NCBI GenBank assembly: GCA_965224085.1 | Contig: CBDCYI010000009.1 | Span: 640,001-704,000 of the forward strand | Length of the DNA: 64,000 bases | Direction of reading: 5' to 3' | DNA from: Candidatus Marinacidobacterales bacterium | GTDB taxonomy: Bacteria > Acidobacteriota > Vicinamibacteria > Marinacidobacterales > SMYC01 | In this document: positions 44,819-56,950 of the stretch, one piece after another | How the letters are laid out: every line of letters starts with the position of its first letter | Position numbering within the stretch: the stretch's first letter is position 1 | The notes under the pieces: model-generated | What the model saw: the letters and a program-made list of their open reading frames with translations, nothing else | Databases searched by the model: none | Told to the model about the DNA's origin: nothing | Made by a program: the position numbers and the translations under genes

Positions 44819-47679
44819 GTCGAGATTCGAAGCTCGACGCTCTCCGCCCGAGCGACGATTTCCCCCCGCGCCATATCGGCCCCCGTCCGAAAGACGTCGA
44901 GGCGATGCTCGAGTTGTTGGGGTATCGCGACATCGACACTCTCATACAGGACACGATCCCGGACGACATCCTGATGAAGCAGCCGCTCGACGTTCCCGAG
45001 GCGAAAGGCGAGTTTGCGCTCGTTCGAGAGCTTCGAGAGCTCGCGTCGAAGAACAAGGTCTATCAATCGTTCGTCGGGCTCGGCTATCACGACTGCATCA
45101 CACCGCCCGTCATCCAGCGAAACATCCTCGAAAATCCCGGCTGGTATACCCAGTACACGCCGTATCAAGCGGAGATCAGTCAGGGTCGCCTCGAAGCGCT
45201 CTTGAACTTCCAGACGATGGTCTCAGACCTCACCGGGCTACCGCTGTCGAACTCGTCGCTCCTCGATGAAGGCACAGCCGCTGCGGAAGCCATGGGCATG
45301 TCGCTCGCGATCACGCGTCACAAGAAAAACGGCTTCTTCGTCGCCGACGACTGCCATCCGCAAACCGTCGCGGTCATCGAAACGCGCGCGAAACCTCTCG
45401 AACTCGATCTTACCGTCGGTCCTGTCGACGCGATCGATCTCGAATCGGGCGACTTATTCGGTATCTTGCTCTCTTATCCGACGACGGATGGCCGCATCGA
45501 AGACTACGAAGACCTGTGCCGCCGCGCGAAGGAAGCTGGTGTGGTTGTTACGATGGCAACCGATCTTCTCGCGCTCACGCTTCTGCGTCCGCCCGGCGAG
45601 ATCGGCGCAGACATCGCGATTGGAAACTCGCAGCGCTTCGGCGTACCCCTCGGGGCGGGCGGGCCCCACGCCGCGTTTCTCTCGACGGGTGAGGAGCATT
45701 CGCGCCGTATTCCCGGCCGCTTGGTTGGTGTCTCGAAAGATGTGCGAGGAAGCGCTGCTTTCCGGCTCGCGGTCCAGACCCGTGAGCAGCACATCCGGCG
45801 CGACAAAGCCACGAGCAACATCTGCACCGCGCAAGTCCTCCTCGCGATCATGGCGAGCATGTACGGCGTTTATCACGGCCCGGAGGGCCTTCGCCGGATC
45901 GCGCGCCGGGTTCACGGTCTCACGCATGTGCTCGCCGAGGGCCTGAGAAAACACGGGCTCGATGTCGGCGACAAACCTTTCTTCGACACGATCCGCGTCG
46001 CTTCGCCCGGCGAGCGAGCGCTCACGGATGCGCTACGCGAGGAAATGAACCTCCGCGCTTACGACAACGGCGCCGTCGGGGTCTCGCTCGATGAGACGAC
46101 GACGATCGACGACGTGGCCAAGCTGTTGAAATTGTTCGGGGCCGAAGGCGACGTGTCCGCTTTGGCCGAAGCCAGCGATCTCGAGATGGGATCGCCACAT
46201 CGGCGCGAGAGCGATTTCATGACGCACGGCGTCTTTCATCGCTACCATTCCGAGCACGAGCTTCTGCGCTACATCAACCGGCTTCAGGCGCGGGATCTTT
46301 CGATGACGACGTCGATGATCTCGCTCGGCTCTTGCACGATGAAGCTCAACGCGACGACCGAGATGCTTCCGGTGACGTGGCCCGAGATCGGCGGGATACA
46401 TCCTTTTGCACCCGAAGATCAGATGGCGGGCTATAGCGAGCTCTATCGAGGGCTCGAGGACTGGCTGAAGGCGATCACGGGATTTGCCGGGGTCAGTTTG
46501 CAGCCGAATGCGGGCTCGCAAGGGGAATATGCCGGTCTTCTCATCATCCGTGCCTATCACGAGAGCCGTGGCGAAGGCGGGCGCAACGTGTGCCTCATTC
46601 CTGTCTCGGCGCATGGAACGAATCCGGCGAGTTCTGTCATGGCGGGTTTCCGCGTAGTCGTCGTCGCCTGCGACGATCGCGGGAACGTTGACGTTCAGGA
46701 TCTCGAGAAAAAAACCGAGCAGCACCGGGACGAGCTCGGTGCTCTCATGATCACCTATCCCTCGTCCCACGGGGTCTTCGAGGAGCGCATACGAGAGATT
46801 TGCCAAATCGTCCATGACGCGGGCGGACAGATCTACATGGATGGCGCCAACATGAACGCGCAGGTCGGCCTGACTTCGCCGGGATTGATCGGCGCCGATG
46901 TCTGCCATCTCAACTTGCACAAGACGTTTTGCATCCCGCATGGCGGCGGTGGTCCTGGCATGGGCCCCATCGGCGTCGCGGAGCACCTCGTCCCGTTTCT
47001 TCCAGGTCATCCATTGTCGACAATGGCGGGGCGTTCGGGGGAGCAAGCGCTCGGCCCAGTCTCGGCGGCGCCTTACGGCAGCCCGAGCATCCTTCCGATC
47101 TCGTGGTCTTACATTCGGCTCATGGGCCCGGAAGGCTTGACGGACGCGACCCGCATTGCGATCTTGAGCGCGAATTACATGGCGAAGCGTCTCGAAGAGC
47201 ATTTCCCGGTTCTCTATACCGGAGAAAAGGGAAGAGTCGCCCACGAGTTCATTCTCGATTGCCGGCCGCTCGACAAAGTCAGCAACGAGGACATCGCGAA
47301 GCGCCTCATGGATTACGGCTTCCACGCACCTACGATGTCTTTTCCCGTTGCGGGGACGCTCATGATCGAGCCCACCGAGAGCGAATCCAAGGAAGAGCTC
47401 GATCGGTTATGCGACGCGCTCATCTCGATCCGGAAGGAAGCGCGGGCGGTGGATGATGGTGAGGTCGATGCCGAAGACAACGTGTTGAAGAACGCGCCGC
47501 ACACGGCGGCGATGATGACATCCAACGTGTGGGATCATCCTTATACACGCGAGCAAGCGGCCTATCCCGCGCCCTGGCTTCGCGAGCACAAATTCTGGCC
47601 CCCGGTGGCGCGCATCGACAACGCCTATGGGGATCGGAACCTCGTCTGCGTCTGTCCTCCCATAGAAGACTACGCGTAA
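44815..47679 (+). CDS. gcvP: Glycine dehydrogenase (single-chain P protein)
   Basis: [32 protein letters not shown]. Confidence 0.98.
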   Translation: MSRDSKLDALRPSDDFPPRHIGPRPKDVEAMLELLGYRDIDTLIQDTIPDDILMKQPLDVPEAKGEFALVRELRELASKNKVYQSFVGLGYHDCITPPVIQRNILENPGWYTQYTPYQAEISQGRLEALLNFQTMVSDLTGLPLSNSSLLDEGTAAAEAMGMSLAITRHKKNGFFVADDCHPQTVAVIETRAKPLELDLTVGPVDAIDLESGDLFGILLSYPTTDGRIEDYEDLCRRAKEAGVVVTMATDLLALTLLRPPGEIGADIAIGNSQRFGVPLGAGGPHAAFLSTGEEHSRRIPGRLVGVSKDVRGSAAFRLAVQTREQHIRRDKATSNICTAQVLLAIMASMYGVYHGPEGLRRIARRVHGLTHVLAEGLRKHGLDVGDKPFFDTIRVASPGERALTDALREEMNLRAYDNGAVGVSLDETTTIDDVAKLLKLFGAEGDVSALAEASDLEMGSPHRRESDFMTHGVFHRYHSEHELLRYINRLQARDLSMTTSMISLGSCTMKLNATTEMLPVTWPEIGGIHPFAPEDQMAGYSELYRGLEDWLKAITGFAGVSLQPNAGSQGEYAGLLIIRAYHESRGEGGRNVCLIPVSAHGTNPASSVMAGFRVVVVACDDRGNVDVQDLEKKTEQHRDELGALMITYPSSHGVFEERIREICQIVHDAGGQIYMDGANMNAQVGLTSPGLIGADVCHLNLHKTFCIPHGGGGPGMGPIGVAEHLVPFLPGHPLSTMAGRSGEQALGPVSAAPYGSPSILPISWSYIRLMGPEGLTDATRIAILSANYMAKRLEEHFPVLYTGEKGRVAHEFILDCRPLDKVSNEDIAKRLMDYGFHAPTMSFPVAGTLMIEPTESESKEELDRLCDALISIRKEARAVDDGEVDAEDNVLKNAPHTAAMMTSNVWDHPYTREQAAYPAPWLREHKFWPPVARIDNAYGDRNLVCVCPPIEDYA

Positions 47680-47686
47680 ACGAGGA

Positions 47687-48257
47687 TTACTCGGAGCCGA
47701 TCGGGTTTTCCAGCCTGCCGATTCCGGGAATCTCTACCTCGATGACGTCCCGTCCTGGAGCCATTCCGGCGAGGTTGCCTCGACCGCCGAGCCTCCGGGA
47801 CTGCCGGTCGCGATCAGATCGCCGGGCTCGAGACGCGTGAACTTCGAGATATGTGCGATGAGGAACGGGATATCGAAGATCATTTGCTCGGTGCCGCCGT
47901 CCTGCACGACGCGCCCCTTGCGGCGGGTGATGATACGCAGAGCCGTTGGGTCGAAAACTTCGTCGGCGGTAACCAACAACGGCCCAAGGCCACCCGAGCG
48001 GTAGAAGTTTTTCGCCGGCAAGTTCTGTGTCCCTTTGCCCATCCAGCCCCTTACGGTTCCTTCGTTCATGCACGTATATCCGGCGACGTGGTCGAAGGCG
48101 CTCTCTTTCAGTCGATTCTGCGTAAGGACGTCCGCAACGTCTCGGCGCCAACGATGCGAGCGGTTGCGTCTATTATGCCGATATCGACGCCGAGACCATC
48201 GGGCGACACGACACCGTAGCGTTCTTTGCCGCGCGCTCGATAGCTGACCAGTTTCAC
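47687..48257 (-). pseudogene. Fumarylacetoacetate-hydrolase-family gene with internal deletion and frameshifts
   Basis: KLVSY..YG start; NEGTVR, GPLLVT, LEPGDLIATGSPGG and IEVEIPGIGRLENP in different frames. Confidence 0.8.
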
Positions 48258-48360
48258 GCCTCGGAGACTAGAGCACATGTCTCGTCTTGTCGAGTGTTTG
48301 ACACCGTTGGCGCATTGTTCGATCATGCGACCCGGCTATGCGGAGAAGGAGAGATTCGAG

Positions 48361-49198
48361 GTGAGCGGAGGTCTTATTGCGAGCTTCGTCGCCTCGCATC
48401 CGCCACGTATGGGTGTCGAGCAGCAAGCGCCTGAATTCATTCGAGGTCTCATCGATGGGCTGAGAGAGCTCGGTGGAGCCATGCGCGCTCTGGAACCGGA
48501 CGCCATCGTTCTTCATTCGGCGGCACTGGGTGAGCACTTTCTTGTGGCTCTCGCCGGTCCACGAGGTGCACGAGGGTGTCTGCGTTGCCGACGAGGCGCC
48601 GGATCTCATTCCGGGCTCGCCGTATGCGTGGCCGGGTGAGCCAGCCCTCGCCCAAGCGATCGCGGACAAGCTGAACGCCGAGAACATAGGCTGCCGAACG
48701 TTCGACACTCCACATTGGAACTGGGACTACGGTTGCTACGTTCCTCTCGAGTACATGGACCCGCGCTCGGAGATCCCAATCGTCCTGCTTCCGACCGTGA
48801 TGTGCTCGGATGTGGACGAGAACCGTCGAGTCGGCCGCTATGTTCACGAGGTCGGGAAGGATAGCGGGAAGCGCATCGTTTTCGTGTCGAGCTGCGCGCT
48901 GTCCCACGATGTGCTGCGTGGGCCCGAGCTTTGGCCCACCGCGGTGCGGCAGGAGCTCGACCGGAAATTCATCGAGCTCGCGACGGAAGGTCGCGCCGCC
49001 GAGCTCTCGGCGTGGATGCCCGAGTTCATCCGCGAGGGCGTTGCCGAGATGGGAGGCCGCACGATCTCGAGTATGGTCGGTGCTATCGAGGCATTGGCCA
49101 AGGACCACGTAGAGCTCACCGGCGAGCAGGTCGGCCCTTATGCGCAGAGCTCAGGGAGCGGCAACGCGCACGTCGCCGTGTTCCCGAAGACAGCCTAG
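48361..49198 (+). pseudogene. Extradiol ring-cleavage dioxygenase (LigB/HpaD-like), +1 frameshift near 48520 (possibly sequencing error)
   Basis: SHPP, HSA/HW split across frames, DYGCYVPL, SCALSH. Confidence 0.8.
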
Positions 49199-49210
49199 GC
49201 GGCGAACCCG

Positions 49211-49950
49211 TTGGATCGCCGCATCGTTTTCGCCGCGCTGAGCCTCGTCGGGCTTCTCGCCTTTGGTTACGCAGCGCGGCATATGGCGTCCCGCATCGGC
49301 GCGCCGCTCGATTTCGACGTGGGCCCGAGCACCGGGCCCTACCTCGATGGATTCACCGAGAGCGAGGAGCGGCTACCCGTGACCTTCCGTTGGACGCGCG
49401 AACGAGCTGCGATCGCTCTGCCGGTCGAAGGCGCCGGAAGCGAAGCGCGGTTGAAGCTGCGGCTTGCGCGCTTCTTGCCGGGTAGCACCGAGGTCCGTCT
49501 CTTCGTGGACGGCGTGCCCGCGGGGTCATTCTCCGCACGCTCGGGGCGCTTTCGCACGGTGGAGCGTTCGATCGCGCTACCCGCTGGATCGTCGACGCTA
49601 TCTTTCTTCGTGCAAGACTCCAACCCCGAAGGCTTCGGGATCGCCATCGACTGGATACGCATCGAGAACGTTCGCTGGCGCTTGCCGCGCGGCGCCCTAG
49701 CACCGCCGTTGCTCCTCTCCGGGGTCTTCCTGCTCGCGCTCGCCTTGGGCTTTACACTGCCCCGCGCGCTCGCGATCGGCGTCTGCCTCGCTTGCGCCCA
49801 GGCCATATGGTTCGCGCGAGACCCTTTCGCGATGGCCCACGTCCATCACGAAATCACGGCCGGCGCACTCGCGACGACAGCTCTTCTCGCCACCGCTTTC
49901 CGGAGCGCTCGCTGCGTGCCACTGCTCTATCTGCTGGGGCTTCTGCTGAA
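49211..49950 (+). pseudogene. Membrane protein, 3'-truncated
   Basis: N-terminal TM, FRWT periplasmic domain, then TMs that end abruptly. Confidence 0.55.
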
Positions 49951-50055
49951 GTCTGCTCGACCACGATCTCGCATCGCTCGAAAAGCACGCGCTCGAGGTT
50001 TTCTCGGGATTTCGACTCCTCGACCCGGAGCGAGGCGCCCGCCCGATGGTCGCCA

Positions 50056-50607
50056 TGGTTCGTGAAAGAGCCCGGTGCGAAAACCTCGACGCCGTGGCAT
50101 CAGGATGTTTCCTACTGGCCAGTCACTGGCCAACAGATAGCGTCGCTCTGGCTGCCCTTGACCGAAGTCGATCGCGCTTCGAGCGGACTCGAGCTCGTGA
50201 AAGGCTCGCATCGTTGGGGGAAGTACTACATGCCTCGGCGATTCGTCGCTACCGACCAGAAGAGCAACTGGATTCACGACGCCGAGGGCGAGACTCTGCC
50301 GGATATCGAGGCTGAGCGTGATCGCCACGACATCTTTTCAGAGCCCATGCAGCCGGGCGATGCGCTGATCTTTTCCGCTTGGATCATCCACGCTGCGCCG
50401 AGCAACACTTCCGACGACACACGCGCGGCCGTCTCGACCAGGTGGCTGGGCGACGACGTGCGCTGGCGCCCCCATCCTGCGGCGGACCCCACCGTTCGCA
50501 AAGAGGACGTTTCGATCGCGCCGGGTGAGCTCGCGCGGGACGACGAAATATTTCCGGTAGCTTGGACACGCCGCTCGGGAGCATTTGGCGCGCGGACCGG
50601 GTTCTGA
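50056..50607 (+). pseudogene. Phytanoyl-CoA dioxygenase (PhyH)-family C-terminal fragment
   Basis: KEPG..TPWHQD, GSHRW, PGDALIF...IHAA. Confidence 0.8.
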
Positions 50608-50636
50608 TCAACACTTGGGGAACCGGAGGACGCGAG

Positions 50637-51767
50637 ATGAATTTGGAAAGACCGATCGTCGCCGCCGCGGCGCAAATAAGCCCAGTCTTCATGAAGAAGA
50701 AGGAAAGCGTCGAGAAATACGCTGAGTGCATCCACGAGGCCGGCCGAAAAGGCATCGACTTGATCGTCACGCCGGAGACCGGCATCCCTACCTACCCTTA
50801 CTGGCGAAACAACTTCGGCTATACGAGCCCCGAAAGCACCGCGCTTTGGAAGGACACGGTCGTGTCGTTCTACGAACAATCCATCCGCATCCCGAGCCCG
50901 GAGACCGATCTGCTCACCAAAGCGTGTGCAAGCGCGGGCGTCGTAGCGGTCATCGGTTTGAACGAGCAAGACGATCGCGAAGGCTCCGCGACGCTCTACA
51001 ACTCGATGCTCTTCATCGATCGCGACGGCACGATCATGGGACGTCACCGGAAACTCATGCCGACCCATCAAGAGCGTTTTTTCTGGGGCCGCGGGGACGC
51101 GTCGGACCTCCGCGTGTTTGACACGCATTTCGGAAAGGTCGGCGGTCTCATCTGCTTCGAGAACCACATGACGCTCATGAAAGCGGCCATGGCCGTCAAA
51201 GGAGAAGAAGTGCACGCGGCGTGCTGGCCCGGCTGGTGGAGCTATGGCGGCAAAGGAAACGCCATTCGCGACATGACTGGCGACGTGAGGCCTCTCTATC
51301 TTTCGGATCAAGACTCGGCGATCCGCGAATATGCTTTCGAGACCCAGAGCTTCGTAGTGAGCGCTTCGATGTACATGACCGAAGACGACGTTCCCGACGA
51401 CTTTCCGTACAAGAAGAGCGCGCCGTGGAAGTGGGCGATGGGAGGTAGCGCCATCGCCAATCCTTTCGGCGCTTATGTGAAAGAGCCCGTGTTCCACAAA
51501 GAAGAGCTCATTGTCGCAGAGCTCGATCCGAAGGATCGGATCGTCGCGAAGAACGTCTTCGACTGCATGGGCCACTACAGCCGATGGGACGTAGTGTCCC
51601 TACGCGTACGGGACGAGGACTTCACGCCGACGGGTCCAGCTCTTCCGCCGCGCCGGATCAAGCTGGAGCACCTCGAGTCGGTGGCGGCCAAACATCACCT
51701 GGCGCCTGAAAAGGTCGAGAGCATTTTGCGCGAGCTGGAATCGCTCGCGGTCGAATTGGAAGGCTAG
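50637..51767 (+). CDS. Nitrilase / carbon-nitrogen hydrolase
   Basis: E-K-C triad: TPE, HRKLMPT, ICFEN; GHYSR. Confidence 0.92.
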   Translation: MNLERPIVAAAAQISPVFMKKKESVEKYAECIHEAGRKGIDLIVTPETGIPTYPYWRNNFGYTSPESTALWKDTVVSFYEQSIRIPSPETDLLTKACASAGVVAVIGLNEQDDREGSATLYNSMLFIDRDGTIMGRHRKLMPTHQERFFWGRGDASDLRVFDTHFGKVGGLICFENHMTLMKAAMAVKGEEVHAACWPGWWSYGGKGNAIRDMTGDVRPLYLSDQDSAIREYAFETQSFVVSASMYMTEDDVPDDFPYKKSAPWKWAMGGSAIANPFGAYVKEPVFHKEELIVAELDPKDRIVAKNVFDCMGHYSRWDVVSLRVRDEDFTPTGPALPPRRIKLEHLESVAAKHHLAPEKVESILRELESLAVELEG

Positions 51768-51773
51768 TTTCGA

Positions 51774-52259
51774 TTAGGTCGTTGGGCCGACGAGCTCACG
51801 CTGAAACGCGTTCACGACGGTGTTCTGCCGGAGAAGGTAATAGCCTTCGACCATGAGTGCGACGAGGCTATAGACGAGAGCGATATAGCCCAAGCCGCCG
51901 TGGATCCAGCTCGGGATGGCACGTGTATGGGCGCCTCCACCCAGGATGAAGGCGGCCATCAAAAGAAACATGCCGCCGAACGCCCAGGGGAGCACTTTGG
52001 ACTTGATGCGTCGGCTCTCGAGGAGGCGATCTTTGCCGCGTCTGTGCTCCTGCACGGCGCGTTTGAGGTTGCCGCTCATCCCGACGAAGTAGAAATAGGT
52101 CATGGTGTGGGTGAAGACGGCAAGGATCGCGGAGATGAGCGCGAGCATGAAATGCCGGCCGAAGGCCCCTCCACCGTCCGGGATGTGGATGCCGTAGAAT
52201 ACAGTCACGGCAAGAGTGCCGATGGTCAGGATGTGCAAAGTGAGGAGGGCAATCGTCAT
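51774..52259 (-). CDS. Four-TM membrane protein
   Basis: Hydrophobic helices containing His residues. Confidence 0.65.
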   Translation of the reverse strand: MTIALLTLHILTIGTLAVTVFYGIHIPDGGGAFGRHFMLALISAILAVFTHTMTYFYFVGMSGNLKRAVQEHRRGKDRLLESRRIKSKVLPWAFGGMFLLMAAFILGGGAHTRAIPSWIHGGLGYIALVYSLVALMVEGYYLLRQNTVVNAFQRELVGPTT

Positions 52260-52283
52260 GAGGCGCGCTCATTATAGGGCAAA

Positions 52284-53908
52284 TTGGCGCGCGGTTTGGC
52301 TGACCGCGGTTCTCAGCGCCAACGCCGACATGGCTTCGGATGCGCTCCGGGTCGTCTCCTGAAATCACCGGCCCCGGAGCAAAGCATGACGCCGTTTTTG
52401 ACGGCGACCGAGGACGGGCTGTGGTTAAGCTGGCTCGAGCGTGTCGAGGGCGGCCACGCTTTGCGCTTTTCGACGTGGGACGGCGAGGGATTCGCGCCGC
52501 CGAGCACGGTTCACACTTCTGACCACTTCTTCGCGAACTGGGCGGATTTCAGCTCGATCTTGAGCTTCGGCGACGGCCGCCTGGCAGCGCATTGGCTCGA
52601 GAAGGCAGCCGAAGGTACGTACGAGTACGACGTTTTCATCGCACTCTCCGAAGACGGCGGAATGAGCTGGGGAAAACCCGAAAGGCCGCATCGGGACGGC
52701 ACTTTGAGCACGGCTTCGTCTCGCTCGTCGCGGATGAATCCACTGGATTCTCAGCAGTATGGCTCGACGGTCGTGAGTTCAAAAAGGGCGCCAGCGACAA
52801 TGAGATGACCCTCCGCTACACGCGCTTCGACGGCAAGGCGTACACCGAGGACGTATTGCTCGATGGGCGCATATGCGAGTGCTGCCAAACAGGGATGGCG
52901 CGCACCGAGTCGGGCCTCTTCGTCGCCTATCGCAATCGATCGCCTGACGATACCGAGATTCGCGACATTAGCTATGTGCGCCAAGTGAACGGCGAATGGA
53001 CTGAGCCCAAGTCGCTTCACGACGACGGCTGGGAGATTCCAGGCTGTCCCGTCAACGGTCCGCAAGTCGCGGCGTCCGACAACCGCCTCGCGGTGGCGTG
53101 GTTCAGCGCCTCATCGCGCGAGCCCAAAGTTCAACTGCTCTTCTCGGATGATGGCGGCGCAAGCTTCGGCGAGCCCATCCGAATCGACGACGGCCGCCCG
53201 GTGGGTCGCGTGGACGTCGAATGGATCGGCGAGGACGTCGTGGTCACGTGGCTCGAACGGGGCGAAGGGCGCCAAGGTGAGATCCGCGTGAAACGCGTGG
53301 CGCCTTCGGGCGGGCCCGCGCCTGCAGTCGTCGTCGCGCGCACAGCTTCGGGCCGTGCCAGCGGCTTTCCGCGCATGACGCGCTTCCATGACGAGATTTA
53401 CGTCACGTGGACGGAGTCCTACGATCGCAAGGGACCTTCGCAAGTGCACGTCGCGAAGCTCGTCGATGAGGCGCCCCTGCTCCCCTTACTTGACGAGGCC
53501 GCCTTCGCTTTCGAAGCGGAGGACGTCGACGGCAAGCTCGTTACACTCAGCGGTCTCGAAGGCAAAGTTGTCCTGCTCAATTTCTGGGGTATATGGTGCA
53601 AGAGCTGCCGAGAGGAGATCCCGCATCTCGTTACGCTCGACGAGCGCTTACGCGAGCGCGGCCTCGTCGTGCTCGGCGCCGACTATGGCGATGCGCCGGA
53701 GGATCTTCCGGCCTACATCGAAGAGATCGGCATGAGCTACCCCGTTCTTCTCGATGACGGTCTCGCGGACGACTACGAAGTCCTTGTCTTTCCGACGAGC
53801 GTCGTCATCGATCGCATGGGCCGCGTTCGCTACCGCGTCGAAGGATTCCGGGAGAAGAGCTTTCGCGATCTCGAGCGTGTCGTGGAACGGCTTCTCGCCG
53901 AGAGTTGA
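52284..53908 (+). CDS. BNR/Asp-box protein fused to TlpA thioredoxin; frameshift near 52705; start uncertain
   Basis: NWADF, SEDGG..W, HRDGT/EHGFVS split, CECC, GCPVNGP, WCKSC. Confidence 0.75.
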
Positions 53909-53943
53909 CGTTGGAGTTCGTAGAGTTCCTGCATGCCGCTGTT

Positions 53944-55197
53944 TTACAGGAACGCCTTCACTGGGAGCGCGACGATCTGTTGCGTCAAAAGATACGGGCG
54001 GCTCGTATCGTGGAGCACGATCCCGAAAGGTGCTCGTTTCTTGTAGTCACCGAGAAAAAGCTCGAGATGTCGGAGTTGAGCCACCCGCACGCGTTTCGAC
54101 GTCTTGACTTCGATGGGTAGCAGGCGCCGTGAGCTTTCGATGATGAAGTCCACCTCTGTGCCGCCGGCCGTGCGCCAATAGAAAACGGTGGGTCTTGGCA
54201 TACATGTCTCGATCCACGAGAGCATCCCCGACAAGACCGCGTTCTCGAGGAGTGCGCCCGCAAGCGAGCTCGTGGACAGCTCCTTTTTCTGGTTCAGACC
54301 GACCAGATGGGCTGCGAGGCCGGTGTCCCGCCAGAAGATCTTGGGCGATTTGATGAGTCGCTTCGAACGGTTTACCGAATATGCCGGGAGGCGATAGATC
54401 TGAAAGGTTGTCTCGAGCAAGTTCAAATAGCGGTGTGCCGTGGCCTGGGAAAGACCAGCATCTCTTCCGATCTCCGTTTGATTGAGGAGTTGTCCGACAC
54501 GGTGCACGGCGAGCCCCATCAAACGACGAAAGTCGGGTAGCGATGCCACTTGGGAGACGTCGCGCAGATCGCGTTCCAGATAAGTTCGGACGAATCCATC
54601 GAACCACAACAAGCGTTCCCGGGAGGTCCGGGCGAGGACCGCCCGCGGCATGCCCCCTCGAATCAGCTCGATTCGCCAATCCACATCCGGAAACACGAAC
54701 GTGTCCCCCCATGCCAAAGCTTGGGCGGCGCTTTTCGCCCGGAGAAGCTCGCTCCATGGAGGGACGCTTCCGTCCCCTCGCCGTTCGCCGCCCGTGAACG
54801 GGGAAAGATTGAGATAGGCGGCCCGACCAGCGAGGGAATCAGCAACCCCACGCATCAGGTGAAGATTGGCGGAGCCCGTGAGAAGAAATCTTCCTCGCCG
54901 ACGTCGGCGGTCCACATCCCGCTTAATCGACAGAAGGATTTCTGGTGCGCGTTGGACTTCATCGATCGTCAAGCGCTGAGCCCTCACCAGAAGGTCATCC
55001 GGCCTCCTCTTTGCGAGGTCGAGCACGTCGAGATCGTCGAGCGTCTCGAAATGACGCTTCCAAGCTGAGCCGAGATGCTTCACGAGCGTGGTCTTCCCCG
55101 TCTGTCGTCCTCCCGTAACGACGACCACTGGATGGGTTGCGAGCGCTTCTTCGACGACTGGCGCTAGCGCCCGAGGACGGAATCTCGGCTTATTCAT
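53944..55197 (-). CDS. AAA_14 ATPase with DUF4143 domain
   Basis: GGRQTGKT, IDEVQ, LTGS, DTGL, EVDF, IEVK. Confidence 0.9.
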   Translation of the reverse strand: MNKPRFRPRALAPVVEEALATHPVVVVTGGRQTGKTTLVKHLGSAWKRHFETLDDLDVLDLAKRRPDDLLVRAQRLTIDEVQRAPEILLSIKRDVDRRRRRGRFLLTGSANLHLMRGVADSLAGRAAYLNLSPFTGGERRGDGSVPPWSELLRAKSAAQALAWGDTFVFPDVDWRIELIRGGMPRAVLARTSRERLLWFDGFVRTYLERDLRDVSQVASLPDFRRLMGLAVHRVGQLLNQTEIGRDAGLSQATAHRYLNLLETTFQIYRLPAYSVNRSKRLIKSPKIFWRDTGLAAHLVGLNQKKELSTSSLAGALLENAVLSGMLSWIETCMPRPTVFYWRTAGGTEVDFIIESSRRLLPIEVKTSKRVRVAQLRHLELFLGDYKKRAPFGIVLHDTSRPYLLTQQIVALPVKAFL

Positions 55198-55316
55198 CAC
55201 CTGGATGATAATCATTCACCACGCGAATAGGCAACTCGGATCCAGTCGCAAGCGCTTCTTCGGTGGGCGGCGCTACGAGGCTAAACCTGTCGGCCTCGTG
55301 ATGAAGATCACCGCGT

Positions 55317-55718
55317 CTATCGAATCCTCAGCTCTACGAATCCCGCCGCGGCAAAGTCTCCGTCGAAGGCAAGCGCGCTGCGGATTTTGCGTGCCCGCAT
55401 CAAAGCGAAGCTCGTTGCGTCTACGAAGGAGTACTCCCGCTCGTCATGACGCCGGAGCCATCGAAGAGCTTCCGCTTCGAGATCTTGGTCGATCCAGATG
55501 ACTTGTAGCCGTGGGGAATTTCCTATCGCGTCGAGAAAATCGACGGCGGAGGCGTGACCTGCTCGTCGGCGGAGAAAGGTCCACGTTTCGCCGCGCACCT
55601 GGCTGGAGGTGAAGAGCGCCCCGCCAGCGTGCTCGCGCAGCAAAAGTGTTGCTTGCCCGTGATTGGCGTCGCGACGATTCCGGATGGCGACCCAAAACGA
55701 GGTGTCGACGAAGATCAT
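55317..55718 (-). CDS. vapC: PIN-domain toxin
   Basis: IFVDTS, SFVDATSF, FDGDF. Confidence 0.9.
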   Translation of the reverse strand: MIFVDTSFWVAIRNRRDANHGQATLLLREHAGGALFTSSQVRGETWTFLRRRAGHASAVDFLDAIGNSPRLQVIWIDQDLEAEALRWLRRHDEREYSFVDATSFALMRARKIRSALAFDGDFAAAGFVELRIR

Positions 55719-55927
55719 CGATAGACGACGTCGTCTATCGACTCGGGTTCGAAGTCGTCGGTTCCGACCATGCGCCAGAGAGGGTCCGATTCGAGCGGCG
55801 GAAGAGGGTCGAGTCGGTCACGAACGTATTGTCGAATTAGAGCCGCCTTCGAGACCTTCTCCCGAAGCGCCTGCCGCTCGAGTGCCTCATCGAGGTCTTC
55901 CTCAATCATGATTTGAAGGCGTTTCAT
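55715..55927 (-). CDS. RHH/CopG antitoxin
   Basis: MKRLQIMI...VSKAALIR; ATGA overlap with the toxin. Confidence 0.85.
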   Translation of the reverse strand: MKRLQIMIEEDLDEALERQALREKVSKAALIRQYVRDRLDPLPPLESDPLWRMVGTDDFEPESIDDVVYR

Positions 55928-56009
55928 ACGATGATTATACATCACGTTCTTGATGTGTGTGTATCATTCGAAGTTCCTCGTTCAGCGATTCGCGGAGCTT
56001 GCCGCCCTG

Positions 56010-56488
56010 AAGGAATTTCGGATGCGCTCGACAAAGCGCATCGTGAAGGGGTCGTGCACCGCGACTTGAAGCCCGGGAACAACGCGGCCTTTTCGCCGGA
56101 CGGGCGCTGGCTTGCCTACCATGCGCAGGAGTCGGGACGGGAAGTCGTGTCCGTTTGCGAGTTTCCCGGCCCGGGTCCGACGTGGACCGTCGCCGGCGAA
56201 GGGGGTCTGTGGCCCGCCTGGTCTCCTGACGCAAGCAGAGCTCTTCTTCCTACCCCGAGCGCCCTGAAGGCGGTCGCCGTCCGTACCTCCCCGAGCGTTC
56301 GCTTCGGCGCGCCCCGTACCGTTCTCGACGCGCAACAGCTCGCAAACTTTGGCGATCGGTACAGCGTCTCACCCGACGGCCAGCGCTTTTTGTTCATCGA
56401 ATATGAGTCCTTCGCCCGCACGAGAAGCCTCGTCATCGTGCTTAATTGGACCGAAGAGTTGAAACGCTTGGCTCCAACGGACGATTGA
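56010..56488 (+). pseudogene. Ser/Thr kinase-TolB repeat gene with large internal deletion
   Basis: ALDKAHREGVVHRDLKPGN joined directly to FSPDGRWLAY...VLNWTEELKRL. Confidence 0.85.
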
Positions 56489-56572
56489 TTACCCTATCTC
56501 GAGCTCAGCGGCAATATTCCTGGGTCCACGAAACGGCATTCCACGATGCCCTTGGACCCGCCGCTAGCGACG

Positions 56573-56950
56573 TTACGTGATCAAAGTGGGAACATCGTAT
56601 CGTGCAATGTCGGCGTCATGCGTTACGAGGGTCAGCCCATCCACGAGGCATTGGGCAATGAGCAATCGATCGAACGGGTCTCGATGGTGAAGGGGAAGCT
56701 CGGCTACTTTGAAAGCATGCTCTCGTGTCATATCCAGGTGCTGGAAAGGCTCACTCTCGACAACGTCGGACAGCTCATCAGGAGCCACGAGTTTTCCAAG
56801 CGCTCTCTTGATGACGATCTCCCAAACGGTCACTGCGCTGACGTACACGAGTTGCTCGGGATTTCTTATGGCTTCCCGCGCGTGCGGCTCGAGCGCATCA
56901 GCGTCCGCAAGCCACCACAGGAGCACGTGCGTATCGAGCAGCAGATTCAC
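56573..56950 (-). CDS. vapC: PIN-domain toxin
   Basis: LLDTHVLLW, HRDPFDRLLIAQ. Confidence 0.92.
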   Translation of the reverse strand: MNLLLDTHVLLWWLADADALEPHAREAIRNPEQLVYVSAVTVWEIVIKRALGKLVAPDELSDVVESEPFQHLDMTREHAFKVAELPLHHRDPFDRLLIAQCLVDGLTLVTHDADIARYDVPTLIT

